64,000 bases of DNA from an uncultured Alphaproteobacteria bacterium (GTDB lineage: Bacteria > Pseudomonadota > Alphaproteobacteria > RF32 > CAG-239). The notes below the pieces were generated by a model. The model worked only from the letters and a program-made list of their open reading frames with translations. It was not told the origin of the DNA and did not search any database. Position 1 is the stretch's first letter, and each line of letters starts with the position of its first letter. The stretch lies in the NCBI GenBank assembly GCA_934277545.1, contig CAKQUG010000005.1, forward strand, positions 33,588 through 97,587, in the 5' to 3' direction. This document shows positions 10,262 through 19,476 of this stretch, piece after piece. The position numbers and the translations under genes were made by a program.

Positions 10262-11320
10262 CTAATTTGCGATATAAACAACCTGATTAAACACGTTTTC
10301 CAAAAAGAACAGGCTGATAAAGCAAATTGTCATGGAAATTACCGGCGCGGCAACCCAGCCGACCATAATTTTACCGACAATCGTCCAGTTTATACCGCGT
10401 CCGCCTTTTAAAAGCCCCAAACCGACAATCGCGCCGATAACCGCCTGAGTGCTGGAAACCGGAACCAGCGGCAATGACGGCAGCGAATGCGCCTCCAGCC
10501 AATTATGCAAAGTTACAGATGAAAACAGCAACAAAACAATGGCTTGCGACAGCACGACAATCCAGGCGGTTATCGGTGTCATTTTCATTAGGTTATTGCC
10601 AACCGTCATAATGATTTTTTTAGAATAAGTCAAAATTCCGACACTGACCGCCACCGCGCCTAAAAAGAACAGTACCTGTTCCGGCGTAAAGGTGGCTAAA
10701 CTGCCGATTTTCAACGGCTTAAACGGACAAGATTCCACAAACATTCCAACCGCGTTGGCAATATTGTTGGCGCCCAAAGCATAGGCGCTGATTGCCGCCG
10801 TAACCACCAAGCCGATACGGGTGATTTGATCTTGCATAAGCAGGTGAATGTGCGAATATTTCAGAATTCGCTTAAAAATAAAATACAAAATTACCGCTAC
10901 CACACCGGAAAGCATAGGACATACCGTCCAAGTAGAGCAAATGCGCGCCAAAGTTTCCAAATCTGTCGGCTTGCCGGCGTAAAGGTTCCAGCCGATAATA
11001 GCTCCGACCACCGCCTGCGACGAAGACACGCTTAAACCGGTGCGCGCCATGGAATAAACCGCCAAAGCCGCCGACAGCGCCACCATAAAAGCACCGGCCA
11101 AAGCGTTAACAGATCCCAAACTTCCCAAAGTTTTACTGGTTCCGGCACCTCCGTACACCGCACCCAAAATTACGAAAAAACTGGATATTAAAGCAATGGT
11201 CATAAAGCGCACCATTTTGGAACCGACAGCCGTTCCGAAAATGTTTGAAGCGTCGTTTGCCCCCAAAGACCAGCCCAAAAACAAACCGCTGCTTAAATAA
11301 AATAAATAGCTGATGTCCAT
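10262..11320 (-). CDS. pit: Inorganic phosphate transporter, PiT family
   Basis: 352 aa and polytopic, with two PHO4 signatures: GANDASNIFGTAVGS and GANNIANAVGMF. Confidence 0.88.
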   Translation of the reverse strand: MDISYLFYLSSGLFLGWSLGANDASNIFGTAVGSKMVRFMTIALISSFFVILGAVYGGAGTSKTLGSLGSVNALAGAFMVALSAALAVYSMARTGLSVSSSQAVVGAIIGWNLYAGKPTDLETLARICSTWTVCPMLSGVVAVILYFIFKRILKYSHIHLLMQDQITRIGLVVTAAISAYALGANNIANAVGMFVESCPFKPLKIGSLATFTPEQVLFFLGAVAVSVGILTYSKKIIMTVGNNLMKMTPITAWIVVLSQAIVLLLFSSVTLHNWLEAHSLPSLPLVPVSSTQAVIGAIVGLGLLKGGRGINWTIVGKIMVGWVAAPVISMTICFISLFFLENVFNQVVYIAN

Positions 11321-11979
11321 TAGATGTCTCGCTTAATTGTGAAAATCAACAACGCATCTATGCAGTCTTCAGCTTTATCCGCCACATCGGCAACTTCGCC
11401 GATTAACATATTAAGCTGAATTTTGTGCGCCAGTTCCATATCGGAAGCGAACACGTTTTCTTTTAAACGGGCACTGGTTTTATCGCTTTCATGCTCTAAA
11501 AAATATACTTTTTGCGAATAGTCGCGCACCGTTACAAAATCACGGAAAAAAGCCCGCGAAGAAATCGCCATATTTTCAGCGCAATCGGAAACCTGTTGCA
11601 CCAGCAGCTTAAAATCGTCCTGATATTGTTCCGGTATATCCGGCTGTTCAATATAAAATTTGTGCGCAACTTCATCCAATTCGTTAATAACTTTATCAAT
11701 ATTTTCAACCATTTGCAGTACATCGGCTCGCAAATCCGGAATTAAATTCTGCGCATACAGACTGCTCTCTATTTCACGACGCAAATCATCTGCCTGAGAT
11801 TCAATGTTTTTAATTTTTTTGCTGGCACGGCGATATGACAAGCTGCGTTTTTCTTTCAAAAAAATAGCAAACGCCTCTTTAAAATACATGGCGCATTCAA
11901 TAACTTTGTCGTGCATTAAATCTATTTTATGTTCCAGTTCCCTTGTACCGGAAAACAATGAAATTTTAACATTAAACAT
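11320..11979 (-). CDS. DUF47 / PhoU-like phosphate-transport regulator, the usual PiT partner
   Basis: 219-aa helical protein directly upstream of pit. Its stop overlaps the pit start by 1 nt, which suggests translational coupling. The size and gene context match the TIGR00153/DUF47 proteins that pair with PiT. Confidence 0.7.
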   Translation of the reverse strand: MFNVKISLFSGTRELEHKIDLMHDKVIECAMYFKEAFAIFLKEKRSLSYRRASKKIKNIESQADDLRREIESSLYAQNLIPDLRADVLQMVENIDKVINELDEVAHKFYIEQPDIPEQYQDDFKLLVQQVSDCAENMAISSRAFFRDFVTVRDYSQKVYFLEHESDKTSARLKENVFASDMELAHKIQLNMLIGEVADVADKAEDCIDALLIFTIKRDI

Positions 11980-12142
11980 TTTTATCTCCCTTAAATATAA
12001 TTTTTCTTTGTACTAACAAAAAGCAAGGTTGTCCACACTTATTTTTTATTTGCAAAACTATTTTTGCCCTTGCAAATTTCAGAAATTTCAGCTATTTTTG
12101 AAAATGATTTGAACGTTAATTATTTTATAAGGACATATCAAT

Positions 12143-12877
12143 ATGAAAAATTTTTCAATAATTCTTTCTACCGTTGCCGTTATTTTGGCAGCAGCCTCTT
12201 TGGTTTGCAGCCTCAAATGCAAAACAGCAAACACCGAAGCTGCTCCGGCCGTAAACGTTGAAGAAGCTCTTAAAGCCAACCCGAAAATGGTTGTTGACGC
12301 TTTGCAGGCTTATCAAATTCAACAACAAGAAGAACAAAGAAAAGCCGCTGAAGAAGCATTGAGCAAATACGTTCCGGAAATCAACTCTTCTGCCAACGCT
12401 CCGTTTGTCGGCCCGGAAGACGCTAAAGTAACCGTTGTGGAATTTTTTGACTTTTCTTGCCACTACTGCAAACAATTAGCTCCGGCTTTAGAAGAAGTTA
12501 TGGCTAAAAACACTGATGTTAAATTTGTGTTCAAACCATTGTCTTTTGTTGACCCGCAAAATTCTCATTATCAGGCTCAGGCCGGTTTGGCAGTTTATAA
12601 ACAGGGCAAATTTGCTGACTTTTACAAAGCTGTAATGGCTGCAGAAGGCAGAGTTACAAAAGACACTGTTGACGGTATTGCCAGAGGTTTAAATATTGAC
12701 TTTGATAAATATAAAGCCGATGTGGAATCCGCTGAAGTTAACGGCGATTTGGATGAAATTTCCAGCCTGGCTCAAAAAATTCAGGTTAACGGCGTTCCGA
12801 CAGTTATCGTTAACGGCAAACATGTTCAAACAATGCGCGCTGAAGAATTGCAAGCCGCTATTGATGAGGCAAAATAA
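12143..12877 (+). CDS. dsbA: DsbA-family thiol:disulfide oxidoreductase; periplasmic, signal peptide present
   Basis: 244 aa with an N-terminal signal peptide. The thioredoxin-fold active site is FFDFSCHYCKQLAP (CxxC), and the cis-Pro loop reads GVPTVIVNGK. Confidence 0.8.
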   Translation: MKNFSIILSTVAVILAAASLVCSLKCKTANTEAAPAVNVEEALKANPKMVVDALQAYQIQQQEEQRKAAEEALSKYVPEINSSANAPFVGPEDAKVTVVEFFDFSCHYCKQLAPALEEVMAKNTDVKFVFKPLSFVDPQNSHYQAQAGLAVYKQGKFADFYKAVMAAEGRVTKDTVDGIARGLNIDFDKYKADVESAEVNGDLDEISSLAQKIQVNGVPTVIVNGKHVQTMRAEELQAAIDEAK

Positions 12878-12904
12878 TTTTGCACTGTCATAAAAAATTT
12901 TAAA

Positions 12905-12937
12905 AAGAGCAGTCTGAACGGACTGTTCTTTTTTTAT
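12905..12937 (+). terminator. Rho-independent terminator after dsbA
   Basis: Hairpin agagcagtc-tgaacg-gactgttct followed by TTTTTTT. Confidence 0.8.
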
Positions 12938-13020
12938 ATGCAGATAAATTTTGCTTTAGTATTTGACTTAATAAAACAAATGGCTTAAATATAGTGGTGT
13001 GTTAAATTTATGGATTATGA

Positions 13021-13986
13021 TTGATGACCGATACTGCTGCCGTGGCTATTTCTGTGATTATTCCGATTTATAACGTGGAAAAATTTTTACCGCGCTGTTT
13101 AGACAGTGTCGTCAATCAAACATTTTCAAATATAGAAATTATTTGCGTGAACGACGGATCCACGGATAAAAGCGGAGAAATTTTGGCCAAATTTGCAGCA
13201 AATGACCAACGTTTTTTAGTTATCACACAAGAAAACCAGGGACTTTCCGCTTCTCGAAACAACGGGCTGGAAGTTGCCAGCGGTAACTATGTTTTTTTCT
13301 TGGACGCTGACGACTATTTACATAAACAGGCTTTGGAAATTTTTTATAAAACCGCGCAAAAGTCAGAATGTCCGATTGTGATTTCAAAAAAATTCTGCCG
13401 TGTCGGCAAAGACGCTTTGAACATGCAGACGTATAATTCAGATGCGGTTCCATTTAAAATCTGCAATAACCCGCTGAATGATTTGTATAAATACCGTTTG
13501 GTTTCGGCTGTGGTTTGGAATAAATTATACCGCACAAACGCTTTAAAAAGATTCCGTTTTATTGAAGGAATTTACTATGAAGACTGGCCTTTTACCGCCT
13601 GTGTATTTTCCAGCATTGAGCGCTTTGCTTTAATTGATGAAAAACTTTATATGTATAATACAACTTCGCCGTCAATAGTCCGCAGTTCATTTTCCATAAA
13701 AAAAATTCATGATTATATTCGAGGAATCCGCCATGTTTATAACTATTTCATGGCAAAAAACAAAAAAGAACAATGGATGGTCGTTCGTAAAAAACGCATT
13801 AGCCTTTCTCTCAAAATGGCGCTTTCAAAAATTTCTAAAAGCAAAGAAAATAAAAACGAACTTGAATCTTATTTCAAACAAGAATATCAAAAACTGGCAG
13901 ATGAAGACATTATATCTTTTGCCGACTTAACGCTTAAAAGTAAAATTCGGTTACTGCGCTTGCTGTGGCATCAAAGAAACAGATAG
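13021..13986 (+). CDS. Family 2 glycosyltransferase
   Basis: ISVIIPIYNVEKFLPRCLDSVVNQTFSNIEIICVNDGSTDKSGEIL...FFLDADDYL is the GT-A DxD architecture. The candidate promoter TTGACT-N17-TAAATA lies at about 12961-12989. Confidence 0.85.
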   Translation: MMTDTAAVAISVIIPIYNVEKFLPRCLDSVVNQTFSNIEIICVNDGSTDKSGEILAKFAANDQRFLVITQENQGLSASRNNGLEVASGNYVFFLDADDYLHKQALEIFYKTAQKSECPIVISKKFCRVGKDALNMQTYNSDAVPFKICNNPLNDLYKYRLVSAVVWNKLYRTNALKRFRFIEGIYYEDWPFTACVFSSIERFALIDEKLYMYNTTSPSIVRSSFSIKKIHDYIRGIRHVYNYFMAKNKKEQWMVVRKKRISLSLKMALSKISKSKENKNELESYFKQEYQKLADEDIISFADLTLKSKIRLLRLLWHQRNR

Positions 13987-14745
13987 TCAATGTTTCAAAT
14001 AAAATAAATCATACATTTTAGCAAAAATTATATTGGTATAAACAAATATTACCGTGCTTACGGTATAATGAAACCATTCCTGCAAATGAAAAACGCGATC
14101 GATTTCCAGTCCCAAAGCCTCGGGATACAGCAGCGCCGCCGAAATCATCACAAACGCCACATAATTGCCGCGGGTTTTGTTGCCGGCTTTACGGAAAGAA
14201 GCGTTATGCCCGCGCAATGAGGAAATCCACGCCAGATACGGCTTGCAAATCAAGTGCGGAGCTAATAACGACATAATGCCGTAAACTACCAAAATATCAA
14301 CAAAAGACGTTCCTATATCCTGAGTGTCCGACAAATTTTCGATTGCTGCCGTATAGCGCTCATAATAGTCCAAATATACATCATTAAAGCCTAAGAAAAG
14401 CGGCAGCATAGGCAACAGAGCCAATCCCATTATAACCACAAACATCAAAACCAACGCCTTGGACGACGGCGCCATGCTGCCCAACAGGGTTTTGCTCAAA
14501 ATATAGGGCTTAAGATGATAGTAGTAGCGATAAAAAGCGCACCAAAAAATATAATAAGTAACAGCCCAAACTAAACTCAGCGGGTTCGACAAACCGCCGT
14601 CTATGGATTTAAAAGTCAGCATATACGCCATATTGACAACAAAAACACAAAGTGTAAAAAGTCGATTTTCGGCAATATAGCGGTTAGCCTCGCGAAAAAT
14701 AGCGCTGACATACATAGTGATTTTCGGGTTTTCCTTCGGTGTCAT
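13987..14745 (-). CDS. Hypothetical polytopic inner-membrane protein
   Basis: About 250 aa, strongly hydrophobic, rich in Y, F and W (YYIFWCAFYRYYYHL...). Start set at the internal Met (MTPKEN...) so it does not overlap the upstream regulator. The longest ORF extends to 14799. Confidence 0.5.
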   Translation of the reverse strand: MTPKENPKITMYVSAIFREANRYIAENRLFTLCVFVVNMAYMLTFKSIDGGLSNPLSLVWAVTYYIFWCAFYRYYYHLKPYILSKTLLGSMAPSSKALVLMFVVIMGLALLPMLPLFLGFNDVYLDYYERYTAAIENLSDTQDIGTSFVDILVVYGIMSLLAPHLICKPYLAWISSLRGHNASFRKAGNKTRGNYVAFVMISAALLYPEALGLEIDRVFHLQEWFHYTVSTVIFVYTNIIFAKMYDLFYLKH

Positions 14746-14746
14746 T

Positions 14747-15364
14747 TTAGGCATTGCAATCATCCTGCAACAGCATGTAACCTCCGTTATCCGTAACAAT
14801 CAAACGGCGCCCGCCGTTTTGCTCAACCTTTTGGCGCAGCCGATAAATGTGCGTTTCAATCGTGTGCGTCGTAACATCTTCGCTATATTTCCAAACATTC
14901 AGCTGTAAATCGGTCTTAGAAACATAAGTGCCTTGAGTTTTATACAGATATTTCAAAATGCTCACTTCTTTTTCGGTCAGTTTGGTTACCGAACCGCTCG
15001 ACAAATCGGCAATTTCACGCAAATTAGGACGCAACTCGTAACCGTTAAAAGTTAAATAGCCGTCCTCGGAATTGTCCAGGTTATTATTCGCCGCACGCAA
15101 AACATCAAGAAAATTCATCAAAGCAAACGGCTTTTTAACATAAATATTCAGCCGGTCATCCGCTTTGCTATCCGCTGAGAGAAAAATCAGAGGAACGGAC
15201 GGATATTTTTTTCGCAAATCGGCACACAGCTCTTCATTTTCATCTACCAGCATCAAGTCCGGAGCCGTTTCAACAAATGAAAAATCCGGAGCAAAACGCA
15301 GCATCTGCGCTTTTAAATCTTCGGCAAAATCGACATTATCAGAAACAAACAAAATATGCGACAT
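14747..15364 (-). CDS. OmpR/PhoB-family response regulator with a divergent receiver and no adjacent kinase
   Basis: 205 aa. The C-terminal winged-helix Trans_reg_C domain is readable (LTEKEVSILKYLYKTQGTYVSKTDLQLNVWKYS...TIETHIYRLRQKV). The N-terminal roughly 100 aa resemble a receiver (LMLVDEN, PLIFLSA, YVKKPF) but carry SDN in place of the usual acidic pair. Confidence 0.65.
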   Translation of the reverse strand: MSHILFVSDNVDFAEDLKAQMLRFAPDFSFVETAPDLMLVDENEELCADLRKKYPSVPLIFLSADSKADDRLNIYVKKPFALMNFLDVLRAANNNLDNSEDGYLTFNGYELRPNLREIADLSSGSVTKLTEKEVSILKYLYKTQGTYVSKTDLQLNVWKYSEDVTTHTIETHIYRLRQKVEQNGGRRLIVTDNGGYMLLQDDCNA

Positions 15365-15369
15365 AACTG

Positions 15370-16479
15370 TTAAAACTCCACTTCCAAACCGCTGATAAAA
15401 GCATAGCCGCGGTTATTTTCTTCCACCGTTTGTCCACCTGTGTATTCAGCATAAGCCGCAGCCAAATACAAAGACACATATTTATGTACAGCAATTTTAT
15501 TCGCCCATGTTACGATTTTATCTTTATTATCCGTTTTATCTGCAGATGAAGCAAAATAGGAAATACCCGTGGTCAGCGGCCCGAATTCGTAACTTAAACC
15601 GACATTATACGCCTGCCCGCTGCGGTATCCGTCAAAATAATACGGCAAACCGGTAACATCATTCAAAGCATAATCGCCGGAAGAGGTAAAGGATTTACGA
15701 TAGGAACCGCCCAAAGTCCAGCCTTTACGATAAACACTCAAACCGGCGGAAACTTCCTGATTATTCTTGCGGTTATAAGCATAGCCGAGCGAGCTTTCAA
15801 TTTCCCACGAACCTAATTCATGATGATTGTATAATCCGGCGGCATAAGACGAGCGACTGTCATAGCGGCTGTGTTTGTTGATCAAACCGGCTGCGGAATA
15901 GCTGTCCGGCGTGTAAGAAACCGCCAGCTTGGTACGATAAAATTCCGGCGTAACATAACTGATTTTCGGTGCGTCGGCGTCGGTATTCAAATAGGTGGAA
16001 TTAAGTGTCCGATAAGAAGCCGTACGACTGTGGCGCTGCCAATTCGGATTAGCGATAAAATCTGTTATCGGCGAATTATTTACACGAAAAGCGCCGACTT
16101 TAGGCGCGCCGACACCAAGTTGATAGGCAGCGTTATAAATTTGTCCCAAACTTAGTTCGCCATAGGCAGACTCTAAAGTGCCATAAATATTTTCGCCCCA
16201 TTTTCCCTGATTGTAGTCTTCCACCTCTTTACCGCCGGCAGCCTGCAAATCAAGCCCCAGTTTAATTGAAGTTTCGTCATCAAAGCGATAGCCGGCAGAT
16301 GTATAAACTTCCGCAGTTGCCGGAGTATGACTATGCGTATAGCGCGGACGATATTTTTCAGCATAATCGCCATAACCGTAAAAAGAATTGCCGACACCGG
16401 AAACATCATAAAAAAACTCTCCGGCGCAAACCGGCGACGCCATCAGAAAAAAAGCAACAACCAACAGATTTTTTTTCAT
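15370..16479 (-). CDS. Outer-membrane beta-barrel porin (putative)
   Basis: 369 aa. Signal peptide MKKNLLVVAFFLMASPVCA. Composition is rich in Y, G and S with alternating amphipathic strands, and the C-terminus ...GLEVEF ends in Phe. Confidence 0.6.
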   Translation of the reverse strand: MKKNLLVVAFFLMASPVCAGEFFYDVSGVGNSFYGYGDYAEKYRPRYTHSHTPATAEVYTSAGYRFDDETSIKLGLDLQAAGGKEVEDYNQGKWGENIYGTLESAYGELSLGQIYNAAYQLGVGAPKVGAFRVNNSPITDFIANPNWQRHSRTASYRTLNSTYLNTDADAPKISYVTPEFYRTKLAVSYTPDSYSAAGLINKHSRYDSRSSYAAGLYNHHELGSWEIESSLGYAYNRKNNQEVSAGLSVYRKGWTLGGSYRKSFTSSGDYALNDVTGLPYYFDGYRSGQAYNVGLSYEFGPLTTGISYFASSADKTDNKDKIVTWANKIAVHKYVSLYLAAAYAEYTGGQTVEENNRGYAFISGLEVEF

Positions 16480-16664
16480 TTTATATCCTTAATATTTATT
16501 TTTAATTTATGAATACTCACACTTTATGTCAATAAAAAATCATATTTTTATACTTTTTTAAAAATAAGTCTGTTTATAAATAAAAAAATAGTGCTTTTAA
16601 AATTTGTTTTCCTATATATAATAGTAGACAGTTTAAAAGATTTAAGATTTAAAGAAAGGATACA

Positions 16665-18197
16665 TTGATGCAAAGACCGGTTATGTTACTTATTTTGGAC
16701 GGCTGGGGATATAGAAGCACAACAACCAAAGACAACGCCATTGAAATGGGCGAAACTCCGAATTGGCATGAATTGTTGAAAACTTGTCCACACTGCTTTG
16801 TGGAAACTTCAGGCTTAGATGTCGGCTTGCCGGAAGGGCAAATGGGAAACTCTGAAGTGGGGCACATGAACCTTGGCGCAGGCCGTGTGGTTATGCAAGA
16901 TTTACCAAAAATCGACCAAGCCGTTAAAGAACACACTTTGGAAAAGAACCCGGTTGTGGCTGATTTAATCAACACCTTGAAAGCCAACGGTAAAACCTGT
17001 CATGTTATGGGTTTGATGTCTCCGGGCGGCGTTCACTCTCATCAGGAACATATTGTCGCTTTATGCGAAATTCTTAACCGCAACGGCATTAAAGTTGACG
17101 TGCACGCCTTTTTAGACGGGCGCGACACTCCGCCGACCTCAGCAGAAGGATTTTTAGCCGATTTCAACAACTCGATTAAAAATATGCCGTTGGTTAAACT
17201 GGCAACGTTATCCGGACGTTTTTACGCCATGGACAGAGATAAACGCTGGGATAGAGTTGAGTTAGCTTATAACAACATTGTTTCCGCCAACGGCAAACGC
17301 TATACCTCCGCCGCGGAAGCAATAAAGGCTTCTTATGCTGCCGGTGTCAACGATGAATTCGTCGTTCCGTGTGTTATCGGCGATTATCAAGGCGCAAACG
17401 ACGGCGATGCTTTCTTAATGGCAAACTTCCGCGCCGACCGCGCCCGTGAAATTACTTATGCTTTGGGTGATGATAAATTTGAAGGCTTTGTCCGCCATAA
17501 AATCGTTAAATTCTCTGCTTGCGTCGGCATGGCCGAATATTCGGTTGACCATAACCGTTTTATGAAAACCATTTTTGCACCGGAACAGCTCAAAAACATT
17601 TACGGCGAAGTCGTTTCAGAACACGGAATGACTCAGCTGCGCATTGCCGAAACCGAAAAATACGCCCATGTTACGTTTTTCTTTAACGGCGGTGAAGAGC
17701 GCATGTTCAAAGGCGAAGAGCGCATTTTAATTAACAGTCCGAAAGTCGCAACATACGATTTGAAGCCGGAAATGAGCGTGTATGAAGTAACCGACGCTTT
17801 GGTAAATGCTATTGAAAGCAAAAAATTTGACACAATTATCTGCAACTTTGCCAACGGCGATATGGTGGGACACACAGGTATTATGTCGGCGGCTTTGCAG
17901 GCTGTTGCGGCTGTAGACAAGTCTTTGGGACGCGTTATGAAAGCTATTAAAGACGTTGACGGCGTTTTGTTTGTAACCGCCGACCACGGCAATGTGGAAA
18001 AAATGGTTGATGAAAAAACCGGACAACCATACACCGCGCACACCGTGGGCAAAGTTCAAGCCGTTTTATATAACGCACCGGCAGATGTAAAAGGTATGGA
18101 AGACGGTAGATTAGCTGACGTTTCTCCTACTCTGCTTGACTTGCTGGGCTTGGAAAAACCTGCCGATATGACCGGTCATTCTTTGTTGAAAAAATAA
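16665..18197 (+). CDS. gpmI: 2,3-bisphosphoglycerate-independent phosphoglycerate mutase
   Basis: 510 aa. LILDGWGYR...SEVGHMNLGAGRVV...TADHGN is the iPGM signature. Confidence 0.93.
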   Translation: MMQRPVMLLILDGWGYRSTTTKDNAIEMGETPNWHELLKTCPHCFVETSGLDVGLPEGQMGNSEVGHMNLGAGRVVMQDLPKIDQAVKEHTLEKNPVVADLINTLKANGKTCHVMGLMSPGGVHSHQEHIVALCEILNRNGIKVDVHAFLDGRDTPPTSAEGFLADFNNSIKNMPLVKLATLSGRFYAMDRDKRWDRVELAYNNIVSANGKRYTSAAEAIKASYAAGVNDEFVVPCVIGDYQGANDGDAFLMANFRADRAREITYALGDDKFEGFVRHKIVKFSACVGMAEYSVDHNRFMKTIFAPEQLKNIYGEVVSEHGMTQLRIAETEKYAHVTFFFNGGEERMFKGEERILINSPKVATYDLKPEMSVYEVTDALVNAIESKKFDTIICNFANGDMVGHTGIMSAALQAVAAVDKSLGRVMKAIKDVDGVLFVTADHGNVEKMVDEKTGQPYTAHTVGKVQAVLYNAPADVKGMEDGRLADVSPTLLDLLGLEKPADMTGHSLLKK

Positions 18198-18216
18198 AAG
18201 AACGGACTTTAGTATT

Positions 18217-19458
18217 GTGCAAAAAACATTTTTAATTTTGACTTTAATTTTATCAGCGGCCGCCGGAGAGTATGTAAACACTGCTTCGGCAGCCGGTGTT
18301 TCCGCGTCGGAAGTAGCCAAGGTGGAAGCCGAGGCCAAGCGTGTTTCCAAAGAACATCAGGAAATGGAACAAAAAGCCAATAAACTTAAAGAAGAACTTA
18401 AAAATGTTAATCAAAAACTGATTGCCGCCGCCAAAAAAATTCAAAACGGCGAAGATGAAGTGCGCAAAAAGCAAGAAGAACTTGCCGTTTTACAAAAAAA
18501 GCTCAGCGAATCCGAAGAAAAGTTTAATTCGGAAAACGATATGTTGATAGAAACCCTGGCGGCGCTGCAGAATTTGGCTCTGCGCCCGTCCGAAGCCGTG
18601 CTGGTTCAGCCGCTGTCGCCGGTTGAAGTTATGCGCAGCAGCATTTTGCTGCGCGGCAGCGTGCACTCTTTGGAAAGCCGCGCCAGTTCCATCCGCAAAA
18701 GCATAGAAGACATCAGCAATCAAAAAGAACAAATCGCCCTGCGTCTGCAAGATTTGGAAAAAGACAATAAAAAACTGGCGCGGCAGCAAGATGATATGAA
18801 AAAATTATCGCAGCAAAAAAACGCCATGTACAGTCAAATTTCCAGCAAAAGCGAAGAAGCGAAAAAGAAAGCCGATTTATTGGCAAGCCAAGCGCATAAC
18901 CTGCGGGATTTGTTGGAAAAACTGGAAAAGCAAAAAGAAATCAGCCGCCGGCAAATGGCTGAAAAAGCTCGGATAGCCAGAGAACAAGAGCTGAAAAGAA
19001 TCCATAAAGACAGCCATGGTTTAGAGGCTATTGAGGAAATGGACAACTCCGCCGCACCAACTGCTATTGCCTCCGGTTTCAGTAAAGCTAAAGGACGCTT
19101 GTCGCGCCCTGCCCGCGGTCCGATTGTTACGGCGTTTCATACCGAATTGTCTAAAGGCGTATATTCCAACGGCATAGACATTAAAACCGCCGCCAAAGCG
19201 CAAGTTATTGCTCCATACGACGGTAATGTGATTTATGCCGGGCCATTTAAAAACTTTGCAAATTTGGTAATTATCGACCATGGCGACGGCTACACCTCGC
19301 TTTTAAGCGGTTTGGGCGAAACAGATACCGAGGTCGGGCAAATGCTGCTGGCCGGCGAACCGGTGGGCACGATGCCTGCCGACGCCAACAGCAAACTGCA
19401 TATTGAAATTCGCAAAAACAACCATCCTGTCGACCCGAATGTTTGGATAAAAAAATAA
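18217..19458 (+). CDS. envC: EnvC-like murein hydrolase activator: coiled-coil plus M23/LytM domain
   Basis: 413 aa. Signal peptide, then a long coiled-coil region rich in E, K and Q, then a C-terminal M23 domain (DGNVIYAGPFKNFANLVIIDHGDGYTSL). The conserved gpmI-envC-ctpA context supports the call. Confidence 0.82.
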   Translation: MQKTFLILTLILSAAAGEYVNTASAAGVSASEVAKVEAEAKRVSKEHQEMEQKANKLKEELKNVNQKLIAAAKKIQNGEDEVRKKQEELAVLQKKLSESEEKFNSENDMLIETLAALQNLALRPSEAVLVQPLSPVEVMRSSILLRGSVHSLESRASSIRKSIEDISNQKEQIALRLQDLEKDNKKLARQQDDMKKLSQQKNAMYSQISSKSEEAKKKADLLASQAHNLRDLLEKLEKQKEISRRQMAEKARIAREQELKRIHKDSHGLEAIEEMDNSAAPTAIASGFSKAKGRLSRPARGPIVTAFHTELSKGVYSNGIDIKTAAKAQVIAPYDGNVIYAGPFKNFANLVIIDHGDGYTSLLSGLGETDTEVGQMLLAGEPVGTMPADANSKLHIEIRKNNHPVDPNVWIKK

Positions 19459-19476
19459 AATAATGAGGAAAATAAC

